A DNA stretch of 63,231 nucleotides, counting the filler, from Kipferlia bialata (taxonomy: Eukaryota): the NCBI GenBank assembly GCA_003568945.1. It is 3 parts of 3 records of this genome, joined end to end, with 100 filler letters (N's around TTAATTAATTAA, not from the genome) between each part and the next. Parts side by side here need not be neighbours in the genome. Positions count along the whole stretch, not along the records: positions 1 to 20,395 come from BDIP01000195.1; positions 20,496 to 46,668 come from BDIP01000196.1; 1 more part is not named here. The stretch is one strand, 5' to 3'. The translations under genes were made by a program, and so were the position numbers. How positions within the stretch are numbered: the first letter of the stretch is position 1; each line of letters begins with the position of its first letter. Below are positions 11,024 through 24,372 of the stretch, one piece after another. The notes under the pieces are model-generated. The model was not told the origin of the DNA and made no database searches. It saw only the letters and a list, made by a program, of their open reading frames with translations.

Positions 11024-14000
11024 TTCTCTTNNNNNNNNNNNNNNNNNNNNNNNNNNNNNNNNNNNNNNNNNNNNNNNNNNNNNNNNNNNNNNNNNNNNNN
11101 NNNNNNNNNNNNNNNNNNNNNNNNNNNNNNNNNNNNNNNNNNNNNNNNNNNNNNNNNNNNNNNNNNNNNNNNNNNNNNNNNNNNNNNNNNNNNNNNNNNN
11201 NNNNNNNNNNNNNNNNNNNNNNNNNNNNNNNNNNNNNNNNNNNNNNNNNNNNNNNNNNNNNNNNNNNNNNNNNNNNNNNNNNNNNNNNNNNNNNNNNNNN
11301 NNNNNNNNNNNNNNNNNNNNNNNNNNNNNNNNNNNNNNNNNNNNNNNNNNNNNNNNNNNNNNNNNNNNNNNNNNNNNNNNNNNNNNNNNNNNNNNNNNNN
11401 NNNNNNNNNNNNNNNNNNNNNNNNNNNNNNNNNNNNNNNNNNNNNNNNNNNNNNNNNNNNNNNNNNNNNNNNNNNNNNNNNNNNNNNNNNNNNNNNNNNN
11501 NNNNNNNNNNNNNNNNNNNNNNNNNNNNNNNNNNNNNNNNNNNNNNNNNNNNNNNNNNNNNNNNNNNNNNNNNNNNNNNNNNNNNNNNNNNNNNNNNNNN
11601 NNNNNNNNNNNNNNNNNNNNNNNNNNNNNNNNNNNNNNNNNNNNNNNNNNNNNNNNNNNNNNNNNNNNNNNNNNNNNNNNNNNNNNNNNNNNNNNNNNNN
11701 NNNNNNNNNNNNNNNNNNNNNNNNNNNNNNNNNNNNNNNNTTAATTTTTTTTTGGAAAACCCCCCCCCCCCCCCCCCCCTTCATTCACATATTTGTTCTT
11801 CCAGTCACCCCAAGCTCAGTCTGGACTGTAACAGGATAGGGGACCCTGGGGCCGAGTCTCTCTCTCAGGCACTGCCTAAAGCAAGGGGGCTTACCAAGGT
11901 GACACTTTTGTATTCACCCCCCCCCCCTCTCTCTCTGTATATGCTAGCGTATTGATACCATACCAAGTCTCACCCCAGCTGTCTCTCTCCACCAACCTCA
12001 TCGGTGACTCTGGGGTCACAGCCCTGGGAGGGGCCTTGCAGCACACACAGAGGCTGAAGGAGGTGAGGGTTCTTTGTAAATTACTATATTCCCAGTTACC
12101 CCTATAGTCAATCCTATCTCTCTAACCCCCCCCCCCCCTCTTCAACCTCACTCTCAGCTTGTCCTGTCCTGCAATGACATAGGAGACGCTGGGGCCTGTT
12201 CACTGGGAGAGGCTCTGCCCCATTCACACCTCACTAAGGTATTGCCGTGGCTATTCATATCTATACGTGTGTATATGTGATGTACACTACTGGTAACAGT
12301 CTTACCCCAGTTATTTCTTGATGGCAACCTCCTCACCGACGTCGGTGCCTGTGGCATAACAGAGGGTCTGAGGCACACTCCAACACTCACCCAGGTATAG
12401 GGGCTGTTCATAGACCTCTCTGTCTATATAGATATATGCAGGGTCCTCTCAGGATTGAGCCATGCTTTTATGTTTGGATCAGCATCTAACCGCAGTTAAC
12501 ACTGGACAACGATGCAGTCAGCCCCGATGTCTTGAGGCGTTGTGAGGCCACCCTGGCCGTGCCAAGTATGCAGAGGGAGAGGGCTGCAGATGAGTACAGA
12601 CGCAGACACCAGGAGAGGGCTGCTCTTCTTGCCTCTCTCAGGTCTCTCTCCTTCCCTGTGGATGCCATTCCCTCTGTACTGAGTATAGAGGACGTCAGAC
12701 GTATCCTGGCTGGGGTGGAGTGTGTTGCTAGGGAGGCTAAGTCTCGGGCCACAGGGGACAGCAAGGTGTGGATCCACACTTCTGTATATGTGTAAAATGC
12801 TGAGAATGTAAGCCTATACTGGACTCTCTTATGCTACATTGCTGACCCGCAGGATAGGTCAGAGCTGTCCCAGTGCCAGCATCAGCTGGAGGCAGCACTA
12901 GCAGCCAAGGACTCAGCCCTGTCAATGGTATATAGGGATATGGGTATATGGATGGTACTTGAATATTCTACCTGTGTTCTGTATATGTGTATACTTATTG
13001 TCAGGTGAGTGAGGTGAGGAAGGAGAGAGACACCGCCCTATCCCGTTTCCAAGAGTGTCAGGATAGCCTAGTGAAGGCACAGTCTCGGTTGTTATCACTC
13101 AACAACGCCTTAAAGGACACCAAGAAGAGACTGGAGGTGGGTCTGTGCCATTCAAGTCATAGTGGTATATGGTCAGACTGCCTATCTGCTGTGAGAGCGC
13201 TCATATATATATACATATGTGCATGCATATATTCTTATGTACTCAGGAGGAGCAGCGTCAGCATGCCGTGACCCGTCAGACAGGTGAGACGGTTAAGACT
13301 GGGAGACGACGCACCAGACGCCAGAGCAGGCCTCATGTGGAGTCAGACCAGGTGGGTAGTCATGTTAAAGTTTGATGGGGTGTCACTCTCACTTAAGAAT
13401 ATCATCTAAGTGAGATGCTGTATCCTCTCACTGTAGGGCACAGCAGCACTGGAGAGTATTAGGGAGTCTCTGCGTCAGTGTCAGCGGGATAGTCAGGCCA
13501 AGGATGAAGATATCTCTAGGCTCAGAGCCTCAATGAGTCAGTCAGACACAAGGGTGTGTGTACACTCCTATATACGCATTCTTCGTTGTAGAATCTATCA
13601 ATGCTGATACCACCTTGCAGTCTGCTACCCCATATGTATGTCGAATATATACTGATCTCAGCACAAACACCAAGTGGACGATATGCAGCTGCAGATTGAA
13701 TCGTTGAGTGAGACAGTCGCTGAGCTTCGCAAAAACCAAGTTGGCAGTGAGGGAGGTCACACAGAGGTATATTTAATGGTATATTTCAAGGTATATTTAA
13801 AGGTATATTTAAAGGTATATTTAGGACCAGGGGTAGGGGATATACCTATACAGAAGTGTCTGGATACATGAATATATATCATTTGTATCCTCAAGAGAGT
13901 CAACGGATACTGTATCTCACCACAGGGAGCCCACCCCACCCCCTCTGCCCCTTCTACAGTCGCCCCATCCCAGCTCCTGGGCACCCCTCTCACTGTCACC

Positions 14001-15348
14001 CCCACCATATCCAACAAGGTGACGTCTGTGGCCAGACCCCTCGACATGACTAATGCCAACTACCTAGTCAAGACATTTGACCTAATAGCCGAGTTTGCGG
14101 CAGGTGTGGTTGCGGCATACATGGAGTCGTCAGATGACACCTTCCCCCTAGAGGGTCCACCCATTATGGACAAGAAGGGCAAGAAGGTCGGGGTCCTGTG
14201 GCACAAGAAGACGCCCTTTCCTGCCGACTCCCACAACCCCAACGACACCCTCCACTCTCTACACGAGCCAGAGTATGTGAGGCGTAACCCGTCGTTTGAT
14301 ATGGCGAAGTTCCTATACCTGCACAAGGGGCTGAAGGCGTTTGTACAGAAGCACTCAAGCAGGTCACAGGACCTCTTCAATGCCCTATCATCTGCACGGG
14401 TACTGAGGAACAAGGTACGCGAACTACAGAAGGAGTGTAAATTAGTATATTAGTGTATCAGAGGGTGGACCAACTAAGTCACTGAGTTAGTCACTAATAC
14501 TGAGTAACACTCAGTTCGTATGGGTATCCCCCTGACCCCTCACCCCCTAGCTGTTCCACGGTGCTGCCAACATGGTAGCCAGCCAGGCAGAGGTGAATGA
14601 GCATCAGACCGTGTCCAAGATCATGAAGAACATGCAGAAGGCACTCACACTCATGAAGGCATGTATATGTTATACACGTTCATGTTGGTATACGGATGCC
14701 TCACCCTAGGGCACGTCCGACCCCACTCTGGCTGCCCATATCAAGAGGGGCCAGACCAGGCTGGACTGTCTCTCTGCCACATTCGAGCAGAGCCTTGTGG
14801 TAAGGAGGCTTGCAGAGGACTATAACCGCATAGCAGATGAGAGTGAGACTGTGGGTCTCTCTCTCTCTGTATTGGACACTGTCAGTGCCCACCTGAGGGG
14901 CCCACACCCAGACAGGCACCACCTGGGCAGGCTGGTACTGACATCCCTGGGGGCACAGGTGCCGTCCTCTCTACGTGTCAACGGTATGGAGGACAAGCTG
15001 CGTTCACTAAAGAACCGCACCCGTGACCCTGTCACTGCAGCTATCCTATCTATGATAGAGGCTCGACCCTACACCCGCCATGAGTTCTATGGCTGCGTGC
15101 TAGGCCTGGCCACTACAGTTTGCAGGCCGAAGCAGAAGACGCGGTACCAGAAGTTGTTAGGGGAGGTTACTAGGGTTGTACTGGATGGTATGCAAGGTGA
15201 CACCGCACAGTACGAGAGAGAGTTCAGACAGTGTGTGAGGGCAAGGAGGGACTTCCATCTAGACCTGTTGGAGCGCAGAGACTCTGACCCTAGGGGGGCA
15301 GGGCTGGAAGTGTTTGGTAGATCGGTAGGAATAGAGATGGGAGACTAA
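10704..15348 (+). CDS. RNI-like (NLRC3-type) LRR protein with coiled coil and an unassigned C-terminal domain, multi-exon, spans an N gap
   Basis: One ~28-aa repeat per exon: LSLDCNRIGDPGAESLSQAL, LSLSTNLIGDSGVTALGGAL, LVLSCNDIGDAGACSLGEAL, LFLDGNLLTDVGACGITEGL. Coiled-coil exons at ~12.85-13.77 kb. Terminal exon ends at stop 15348. Linkage across the gap is unproven. Confidence 0.75.
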
Positions 15349-15550
15349 GGAGACACTAATATGGACTGCATGTATCATATGATCATATGCATAGGGAATA
15401 CTCCACGAACGGCATCATTTATAGCACACACTACAACAATCCGAGTTATGATACACAACAAACGATCAAGACACAAACATCATGAAAGAACTGGGATACA
15501 CAGTCCCAAACACATATTGAACATGAGAATACAGTCAGAGAGGCACGGAC

Positions 15551-16279
15551 TCAAGTGGCCCTCTTAGTTCCCTTCAGCTGCGGGGTAGAGCCGTGGGATA
15601 TCTCTAGCAGCTGCTCGTAGAGGGTGAGGGGCCTGCCTCTGAGGCCGTCGGGGCTTATGCTGCTGACAGAGGCGTTGAAGGATCTACCCAGGGCCTCCAC
15701 CTGGGCTGGCTCGTCCCCATCCCACAGGGGTCCGTCTCTCTCTCTCTCCTCTGCCTCTCTCCTCTCTCTCTCTCTCTTGCGGCGCACTCGGTCCTCCTCC
15801 GACTCGACGTCCTCTACCAACACCAAGGCCTCATAGCTCTCCCCCTCGACCAGGTCCCCCATCTCTCTTGCCCTCTTCCTCTCCTCATCCCCCATCTCAG
15901 ACACGGTGCTCATGTCTGACATCTCAGAGTCAGAGAGCAGCTGGCCACCTAGCACTCCAAACGACATCCCCTCCCCTGCGCTATTGGTAGCCATGCCTGG
16001 GGGGGCAAGGGAGGTGGGGAGTTCATCCAGAGACGGGGTCTCCACACTCTCCTCCTTGTCCTTATCCTTCTCCTCCTTAGCACTAATTGCCACAGGCACT
16101 GCAGCTGGGGGTACCCTCAGAGACTGGACGGTGGGTAGCTTGTGGGCAGAGAGGGAGTGGGTGATCTCATCCAAGGCAGCCAGCCAATTCTGAGACGTCG
16201 AGTCACCAGTAGGGGGGGCAGCGGCAGCCTTACACCTCATACTCTTCCCCCCTCTCTCTCTCTTGGGCTGTACATCCAC

Positions 16280-16311
<32 letters not shown>

Positions 16312-19300
16312 TAGGGACAGGGATAGGGACAGGGGAAGGGGAGTGGACTCTGTCTCTGCTCCCAATGCTCCTTCTCTTGGGGCTGCTGGGTGAGTTACCC
16401 ATTATGATGTCCAGCCTCTCACTGATGGAGACCCTCTCCTTCTCGATCCCAGGCGCCCTGTCCGTCTCAACAGGTGGGACAGGGACAGGGGCAGCCTCTG
16501 ATGAAGCTGGTCCCTCTGTCCCTGTGGCAGAGTCCTGGGAGTCATTGCTCACGCTCCTCTCCACTACCGATGCCTGTAGTCTACTGGGTGTTCCAGAGGT
16601 GGGGAAGGGCCTGACCTCTTCCTCTGTGTCCTTATCATCAGTGAGACAGGCCGGTACCTCAAGACCCCTCTGCTGGCTGGGGGAGAGAGGGGTCAGCAGC
16701 TGGGACCGACTCTTGGTCATGAACAGGGACGTCATACGGTCTGACCAGTCTCCACTGCCCCCTGACCGCATAGGTGTGCCCTTAGATGCTGCCCTAGGTT
16801 GAGTCAGCACGGCCTTGACACTCTGGGGAGGGGAGGATAGGGCAATGGCCTCCATCCTCTCCCTGTGCGACTGGCTGGCCCTGGTCTGCCCAGGGGTGTT
16901 GGCAAAGGCCACGGCCGAGGTGTTACGACGCATGAGGGTGGGGATGTAGGTCGGCTTCTGCAGCGAGGAGTCACACTTGGGGGAGGGGGAGAGAGGGGTG
17001 GGCCTGACACTCAGGGATATCACATGGTCCCTGGTCTCTCTCTCAGGGGCAGCAGCAGCTACCCGCCTGGCCTGCTTCTGTCCCTTCCTGCCCCCTCTTC
17101 CTCCACGTCTGTGGGCGGTGGGAGGGGTGGTCTCGCCCAGGGCAGCCACGATTCCATCCAGACCTGGCCCCACCTGGGAGGGGACACTCTCTGCCTCACC
17201 CTCGGCCTCAGCTGTCTGTGCATTCTGAGTAGAGGGAGGGGCAGTGGCGGCAGACTCCGTGTCCTGCCTTGCCTCCTCCTGTATCTCCGCCACTACGGAT
17301 AGTCGCCTGTCATTATCCCCCTCAGCCTCTGCCTCCCCCTGTCCCTCGGTGTCTGACGTCTTGGCACCCAGGATGGCTAGGATATCCCCCCGTCTCTCTC
17401 TCTCCCCTCTGGACGTCATCCTCCCCCACTCTCTCTCTGTGTTGGCACCGGATGTCGTCTCGGCACTGTCCCCATGGCCTAGGGGGGCAGACTGGGACAC
17501 AGAGGGAGACACAGGGGGGTGGTAGTCGAGGAGGGTGCCTGCGGTGGGTGAGACGGTGTCGGCACTCATGCTCTCGAGACCACCCCTCTCCTCCGTCAGT
17601 CTCTCTCCCTCTCCATCACTCTCCTCAAGATGACCCACAGATGCCTCTCCCTCGCCACCCTCCTTGACCTCCCCCTGCGTCTGGGTCAGCTCCTTGAGTA
17701 TCCTGGCAGCTGTGGAGGGTGTGGGTCTGGGGGTCACAACAGCACTGAAGGCTATCGAGGCGGCCTCCACATCAACCTCCTGCAAGGCTATGGGTGCGGC
17801 AGCAGGGGTGGGGAGGGAGGAGCCGGTGGGGTTGAAGGGGCGGCGTCTGAGACTGACCACAGCAGGGCTGTTCTTACTACTCACAGTGACGATACCCGCT
17901 GCCTCCTCCTTGACTCTGTCTCTCTCTCTCTCCCTGTTAGTGACGCGATCTCTGCTCTTCTCGCGGCTGTACTCTCTACTCCTGTCTCTGAACATCTTGA
18001 GTGGGGCATACCCCCCAACCCCAACAGCACTGGAGACAGGGGAGAGCACTGGCTGGGACACAGTGTGGTTCAGAGAGCGCTTCGGCTTGTCGGCCTTCTC
18101 CTTGCGCCTCCTCTTCCGCACCCGCCGACCCTTGCCCTTGTCGGTCTCTGCCGATGTCCTCTCCCTCTCCCCCTCGCCATCCAGGGCGACAGAGGCGTCT
18201 CTACCCTCACTCACTCTGTGCACTATGGTCTCAATGCTCCGCTGGCTGCGTCTGAGGGTGAGGGTGGGGGCCCGGTCAGCCGGGGTCAGCTCTATGCTAG
18301 GAGGCCTTGGCATAGAGTAGGGCAGCATGGGGGATCTCGATGCACGCTGTGACCTGCTGAACCCGTCCTGGGCCTCGTTGCTGAACCCCCCCACAAACCC
18401 AGGGGGCATGAGGGTGGGTATGGGTACTGGGGGTTGGGGGACAGGGCGCTCTGGGGCCATGGAGAAGTCGGTGTCGTGGCCATCGGTGTCATGGGCCCTG
18501 GACACGCCTCTCTCCCTGTCTCTCTCCCTCTCCCTCTCATGACCTATCTCTCCCATGCCGAACACTGGGTCGTCAGAGGCCTTAGTAACCCGTCTCGGTC
18601 TCTGTTCCAGGGAGCTGTCTGCATATGTATCAGTGACCTCGTGCAGGGGGGGAGTGTCACGGTGCACGTCACCGGACTCCTTCATCTCTCTCTCTCTCTG
18701 TCTCTCCCTCTCTCTTCTTCCGTTGTAGGCCATGGACTGGGGCCCAGGGCGTCTCACGTCTCTCTCTCCCTCTATGTCTCCCCTCTGGGAACTCATGTGC
18801 CTGGAGGGACGGTCGATACGCTGGGGTAAGTATTGTCGCATACAAGCATCCACTACTAATAGCCACTAGCAGCCCTACCTTCCCATCTGACAGTACAGGG
18901 GCAGGGTGGCTGGGGGACACGACTCCCGTACCCATCAGGGATCCTGTAACGCTGCCAGACACCCCTCCCTCCCTGCCCTGCATGCTCTCCCTCAGCTCTC
19001 TCTCCTTGTCAGCGAGCTCTGCTCTAAGCAGGTTGGTGTGCCGCATCAGGGCCTCATCCAGCTCATTGCGAGATATGGGGTCTCTCACCACAGGCTTGTG
19101 CCTCAGGGATATACCCCTGGAGGCATACAGACCAGCGGCAGATGTGATGGTAGACACCGAGGGGGAGGAGGAGAGAGAGACCCTAGAAGAGTGCAGAGCA
19201 TCCACAGATAGAGGGGTATCCCCCTCGGTAGGGGGTAGACGGCCAGTAGACAGGGCACCCCTCGACCTCTGGTGCCTGTACTCCCTCTGCCTCCCCTCCC

Positions 19301-20332
19301 TCCCCCTGCCCATGTCGCCCAGGGCCACCTTGCCAGGTGTGACACAGGTTTGGGTGAGGTCCTGGGTGATGTCGGGAAGGGGGGCCTCCTGGGTGTGTAC
19401 TCTGTCTCTCACAGCCTCCATCTCGGCCTCTCTCTCCCCTAGCCTCTGGAAGGCTGTGGCGTATAGACCCACATGGGCATCGTCTCCATGCTTGGCGGCA
19501 TACAGCAGCACCCCCTTGGTCTCTGCCACACACCCCACCCTGAGTAGGAGAGATGCAGCCAGGGAGAACTGCTTGAGGGACAGGAGCATGGCACCGGCAC
19601 CAGCACAGGAGAAGAGGGACGAGAGAGGGGGTGGGGGGAGGGAGAGACCCGGGGACACCACATGGGTGCCTGAGCTAGGTGGCACGGCTATACCGGCACA
19701 GTGCATCACCTGCTGACTGTCAGCCATTCTGGCATCCCTGACAACAAGGGGGGGTCTGGAGGAGACATGCCTGGGGTGGGGGAAGATATAGAGTATAGTA
19801 CAAAGGGTGGGACATGGAAATAGTACAGACTGTACTTCACTATACCATAGTATCAGTATTAGAACACAAAGAACACCCACCTCAGACTCCACTCTGCCAG
19901 CCACAGAGCTGCATTGGTGCTGGCCTGGGGGAACTCTGGGAGTGAGGAGGGAGCCCTGGCCTCTGACAAGTCCATGGCACCCCTCATAAGGGATAGGAAG
20001 GCAGGGTCTGAGGCAACATCTGAGGCATCACGCAGGGGATCCTCCTCCTCCCCCTCCTCTCCCTTCTTCCCCCCCTCTGCACCCTTGAACACTAGGGACA
20101 CAGCAGTGGCAGCATCACCCATGGAGCATGCCTTCTGGACAAGGGAGAGCAGGGAGAGAGACTGGTCCAGAGCATGTACCTCCTCGCGTCTCTCCTGCTC
20201 CTCTCTCTCTTGTGACTCGGACCTCCCCTCCCTCTCTCTCTCCTCCTCACTAGGCATGGGGGGAGGGGTGTCTGCCTCCATCACAGTGCCATGCAGAGTG
20301 GCAACAGACCCGCCCATACTGCCAGACAGGGC
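15551..20332 (-). CDS. Large, mostly disordered hypothetical protein, 5' truncated at the scaffold end
   Basis: Three long exons (20332-19881, 19770-18879, 18820-15551) with canonical splice sites; last exon ~1090 codons. Contains RE and PV repeats. A short helical segment at ~19.45-19.7 kb is unassigned. Confidence 0.75.
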
Positions 20333-20395
20333 CTGGGGGTCAGCGGTGGGGGGGGGGGGGGGGGGGGGGAAAGGGCCTCATTTTCATGTACATAT

Positions 20396-20495
20396 NNNNN
20401 NNNNNNNNNNNNNNNNNNNNNNNNNNNNNNNNNNNNNNNTTAATTAATTAANNNNNNNNNNNNNNNNNNNNNNNNNNNNNNNNNNNNNNNNNNNN
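20396..20495. other. Artificial scaffold-joining linker
   Basis: Exactly 44 N + TTAATTAATTAA (stops in all six frames) + 44 N. Confidence 0.95.
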
Positions 20496-20504
20496 GCTGT
20501 GGTA

Positions 20505-20549
20505 GCGCAGGGAGCTAGGCCTTTCATTGCTCAGTGGTCAGACACCACA
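20505..20549 (+). repeat. Dispersed ~40-45 bp repeat, copy 1
   Basis: gagctaggcctttcattgctcagtggtcagacaccac; reverse-complement copies at 41288-41332 and 50171-50215. Confidence 0.8.
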
Positions 20550-21258
20550 GGAGAACTAGTGTACAACTGTTGTGTCGGTTGATAATATGCGCACTTTCTC
20601 ACAATTGAGGTTGAGGTTGAGGTTGTCTATGGACCAGCCACTGCTTGAGGCGGCAGCAATTGTGTTTCGGATGAATATACGTAGAGTATACAAACCACTC
20701 CATCAGTGTACCAATACATCCATTATCCGTACCATAGAATCAACAAGACTTCAGGTTTAGTCACGGTTAGAGAGACACGATACTGATACATATAGTATCG
20801 AATTGGTCACAGGTGGCCGACTGTCCATGGACAGTATAGGCATCCTACCACACATAACACTTGATAGGCTGTGGAAGTTACTACGTCACACTATGAATCA
20901 ATACCTTTTGGTACTGGCCAAGAGAATTTGTCTCTATAACACACTGGTGACCCGGAGGTCACGCCGCAAAAGCTCTTTATACACTATGTCCCTATATACC
21001 TTACCACATATGCCTCTATTCAGGAGATGTGTTCTCTAACTAAATGATATGACTATATGATACGTTGCCGCTCTGGTCACCGTTCTCTGGCATGTCCTGC
21101 ATGTCCTGCAGCACAGAGGGGTACATCAACTCTGGTCTATACTCTACAGGCACTGGAGTAAGTTGGGGGTATCCCTAATGGTATGCACTATCACCCTGTA
21201 ATGGTATGCACTATCACTCTGTGCTGATCGCGGCACTCACGGCTGACCCTCCATGTGA

Positions 21259-22139
21259 TCAGCACTCACCTTGATTGGGCAGGTCACTGTTTCCTCCGTC
21301 TATTACATACGCTTCTGTCTCCCCTTCTATATTGCAGGCACTGGGTGGTGCACAGTCTATCGATGGACTGGCGGGTACTGCATCTGCCCCACCCGTGGTA
21401 TCCTCTTCCGGTTCCTCACAGTCAGGCTGTCTGAGTGGCAGGATGACTGGGTAAGTGTTGGTGACTGTTTGCATGAAGCAGTATCACTGCCACTGACTGC
21501 AGTGCTGCCTTGGCCATATGTTGGATTGTAACCCAGGATCAATACTAGGCCTAGTATCAGTACAGTAGTGCACTTGTCTCACCTTTCCAGTAGATAATGG
21601 GTGCTGCTGGGATAAGAAAGAACATTTGTACCCCCAACAGGACCTTGTACCAACCTGGGCGTTAGGAGGAGTTGATGTTCTTGAATACTTGAACAGAGGT
21701 ATACACACTGTATGTCATGATTCCCATGTCGCACTGTACTCACCCCATATGCACATACTCCTCCTTTGACTCTCAGTGGCAGCCGATACCTCACTCTGAG
21801 GTAAGACAACGATATGAGTGGAGCATACTAGTAATGACTCCAGTACAAACTGAGTACTGGGACACACCTGGTCACAGGTGGACTGGGCCCTATCCTCTAC
21901 AACCCACACCTTGGCAGTGGTACCTGGTATAAGGAACGCACAGACACACGCACAGAGGAAAGAGTCCTGAGCAGATGATACATGAACCCTAACGTATGTG
22001 CAAGAGAGATACCAACCTACTGAGAATTGGCTACAGTAGTTGGTGTGCTTCTCATAGTTGCCAGAGGAGCTACCACTCAGCATAGAGGCCCCATAATACC
22101 ATCCACTGGGTAAGAGAGAGGGGGGGGGAGAGAGGGGGA

Positions 22140-22177
<38 letters not shown>

Positions 22178-22790
22178 TCACTCTGTGTTGGACATACACA
22201 CATCACACCGGTATGTGTATGTTGTTTTCTCCCTCCCCTCCTCGGTCTGTGTAGTGGACTCATAAGTGGTGAGGCCCTGGGGGTAGGAGGTATGCGCCTA
22301 CCTAGCATACACACTGTCCAACAACACATAGACCCACATACACAGGTGTTGACCCCAGTGAGTATGTATAGGCGGGCAGACAAAACTCGATATTGTATTA
22401 GAATTACTCATTCCCTATAGACTGTATGTATATTGAGATTGTTCCAAGCCGAGAAAGGAAACAGAAGAAAGTGAGGATGGGAGGAAGGGTGAGGAGAAGA
22501 GAGAGAAGGATACCTTGCTTCTGACACTGACAAGAGCAGGGGTGGAGGTCAGACCTGGGGTGAGTATGTGTCAAATGGGGAGGAGGGAGAAGGAGAGGGA
22601 AAGAGAGAGTCACACACAGCATGGGGTGGGGAGGATAAGAGGAAGATACTCATTCGATATCTCAATATATCTACTCATTAATGCATCTAGAAACTACTCA
22701 CAAATGTTGCAACTGGTGAGTCCACCGGAGAGTGCCCACCAGCCAAAGTAGCCTAGCATAACTGCGGCAATGATAGCTGGGGTGACTGGA
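21259..22790 (-). CDS. Fragment of a multi-exon putative membrane protein
   Basis: Exons such as VTPAIIAAVMLGYFGWWALSGGLTSCNI (hydrophobic) and GWYYGASMLSGSSSGNYEKHTNYCSQFS have canonical splice signals. Full phase was not resolved and the 5' side ends at a gap. Confidence 0.4.
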
Positions 22791-23004
22791 GAGAAGTGGG
22801 GGGGGGGGGGGGGGGAAAGAAAAAAAAAAAAAAAGAGAANNNNNNNNNNNNNNNNNNNNNNNNNNNNGGTGTGTGGTGGGGGGGGGGTGGGGGGGGGGGG
22901 GGGGGGGGAGTAGACATTTAAAATATACAAGTATATATAGATAGGTATATATACACTATACACTATAATATATTAATGTGTCATTCATAGAGATCAATGT
23001 ACGC

Positions 23005-24308
23005 ACCAGCATAGTGGCACACTTGGCCAAGTCCACCCCCTTGCCCTTGTCTGTCATATAGGTATACTACTAATACTTATATATATAGTATATCTACTCA
23101 CCAGCACAGTGGCACACACTTGGCCGGGTCCACCCCCTTGTCTGTCTTTAGGGTGAATGCACGCATGGCTGTCTGGAGCTGGGTGCGCAGGACTAGGGTT
23201 AGAACATTGGTGGGAGCATCAGTAAGTGACAAATATCACACAAATTATACATGTATATATATCACGCATGGCTGTCTGGAGCTGGGTGCGCAGCACTATG
23301 AGTAAGATCTTATGTTGTAACATTATGGTAAGTGAAGAATTCAAAGAATAAATGCATAAAATATATATATCACGCATGGCTGTCTGGGCCTGGGTGCGCA
23401 GGACTAGAGGTAAGAAGGGTTGAGAGACTCACTCTATTTACACATACATAGTATTATATCTGTATTGGAATAGCGTACACATATGTGTGTATGTTTGTAT
23501 GTATGTACTGTACCTGAGTGTAGTGTTGCGTATCTGGTGACCTCTGCCCTGAGGGTAGCAACATAGGCACGCAGGGTGTCTGATATAAGCAATAGTATAT
23601 ATATATATATACATAGTTACAAACATGTATATTCATATGCCTTTAGGGTAGCGACATAGGCACACAGGGTGTCTGGAGTGAGAGCATTCATGATCATCAA
23701 GAGAGAGAGAATGAGAGGAAGGTGGGGGAGCTGCAAATATGTGTACTAAAAATTTCGTATTGCGGATATTGGATATATATAGAGAGAGAGAGAGAGAGAG
23801 ATGTGATACCTGCACTTGCTGGATCCAGGCCTGGGTGCAGAGGGGGCTTGCCCTCGACCTGGGGTCAGAAGGGATATATACTGATGTGGCAGTAGATAGT
23901 ACTAAGATAGATAATACAGGGGGGGCTTGCCCTCGACCTGGGGTCAGATGTGGATATATTAACTATTCTAAATATTTCAGAACCTGAGCATATGTTGCGG
24001 CACAGAAATATATATATATGTATATTCTAGATATTCATATATATATATTATACATTCATTATATATTCAGTACCTGTGCATCTGTTGCGGCACAGACCAG
24101 TGCTCTGTCACAGTGGCCTGGAGGTGAGGGTGTAGAAAGAGAGAGAGAGAGAGAGAGGGAGTGACAATAACAAATTTAGTATTAAAGAGACCAAATATAA
24201 AGCATAATTACCTGCCACTGTCTCGAATGCCGTGTCTGCGCTGAGGCATATCTCAGTCAGGGTGGGTCTGGGGTTGGATATATATACATATATACACATA
24301 TATATATA

Positions 24309-24372
<64 letters not shown>

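Noticed and set aside
10915..11955. Long ORFs across N gaps and poly-C/G
   Set aside because: Artefacts of N runs and homopolymers.
16281..16335. (gggaca)n hexamer repeat
   Set aside because: An ordinary coding microsatellite giving a PV/PI repeat, not telomeric.
20396..20495. TTAATTAATTAA palindrome inside N runs (also 46713-46724)
   Set aside because: A symmetric 100-nt artificial six-frame-stop linker; adjacency across it has no biological meaning.
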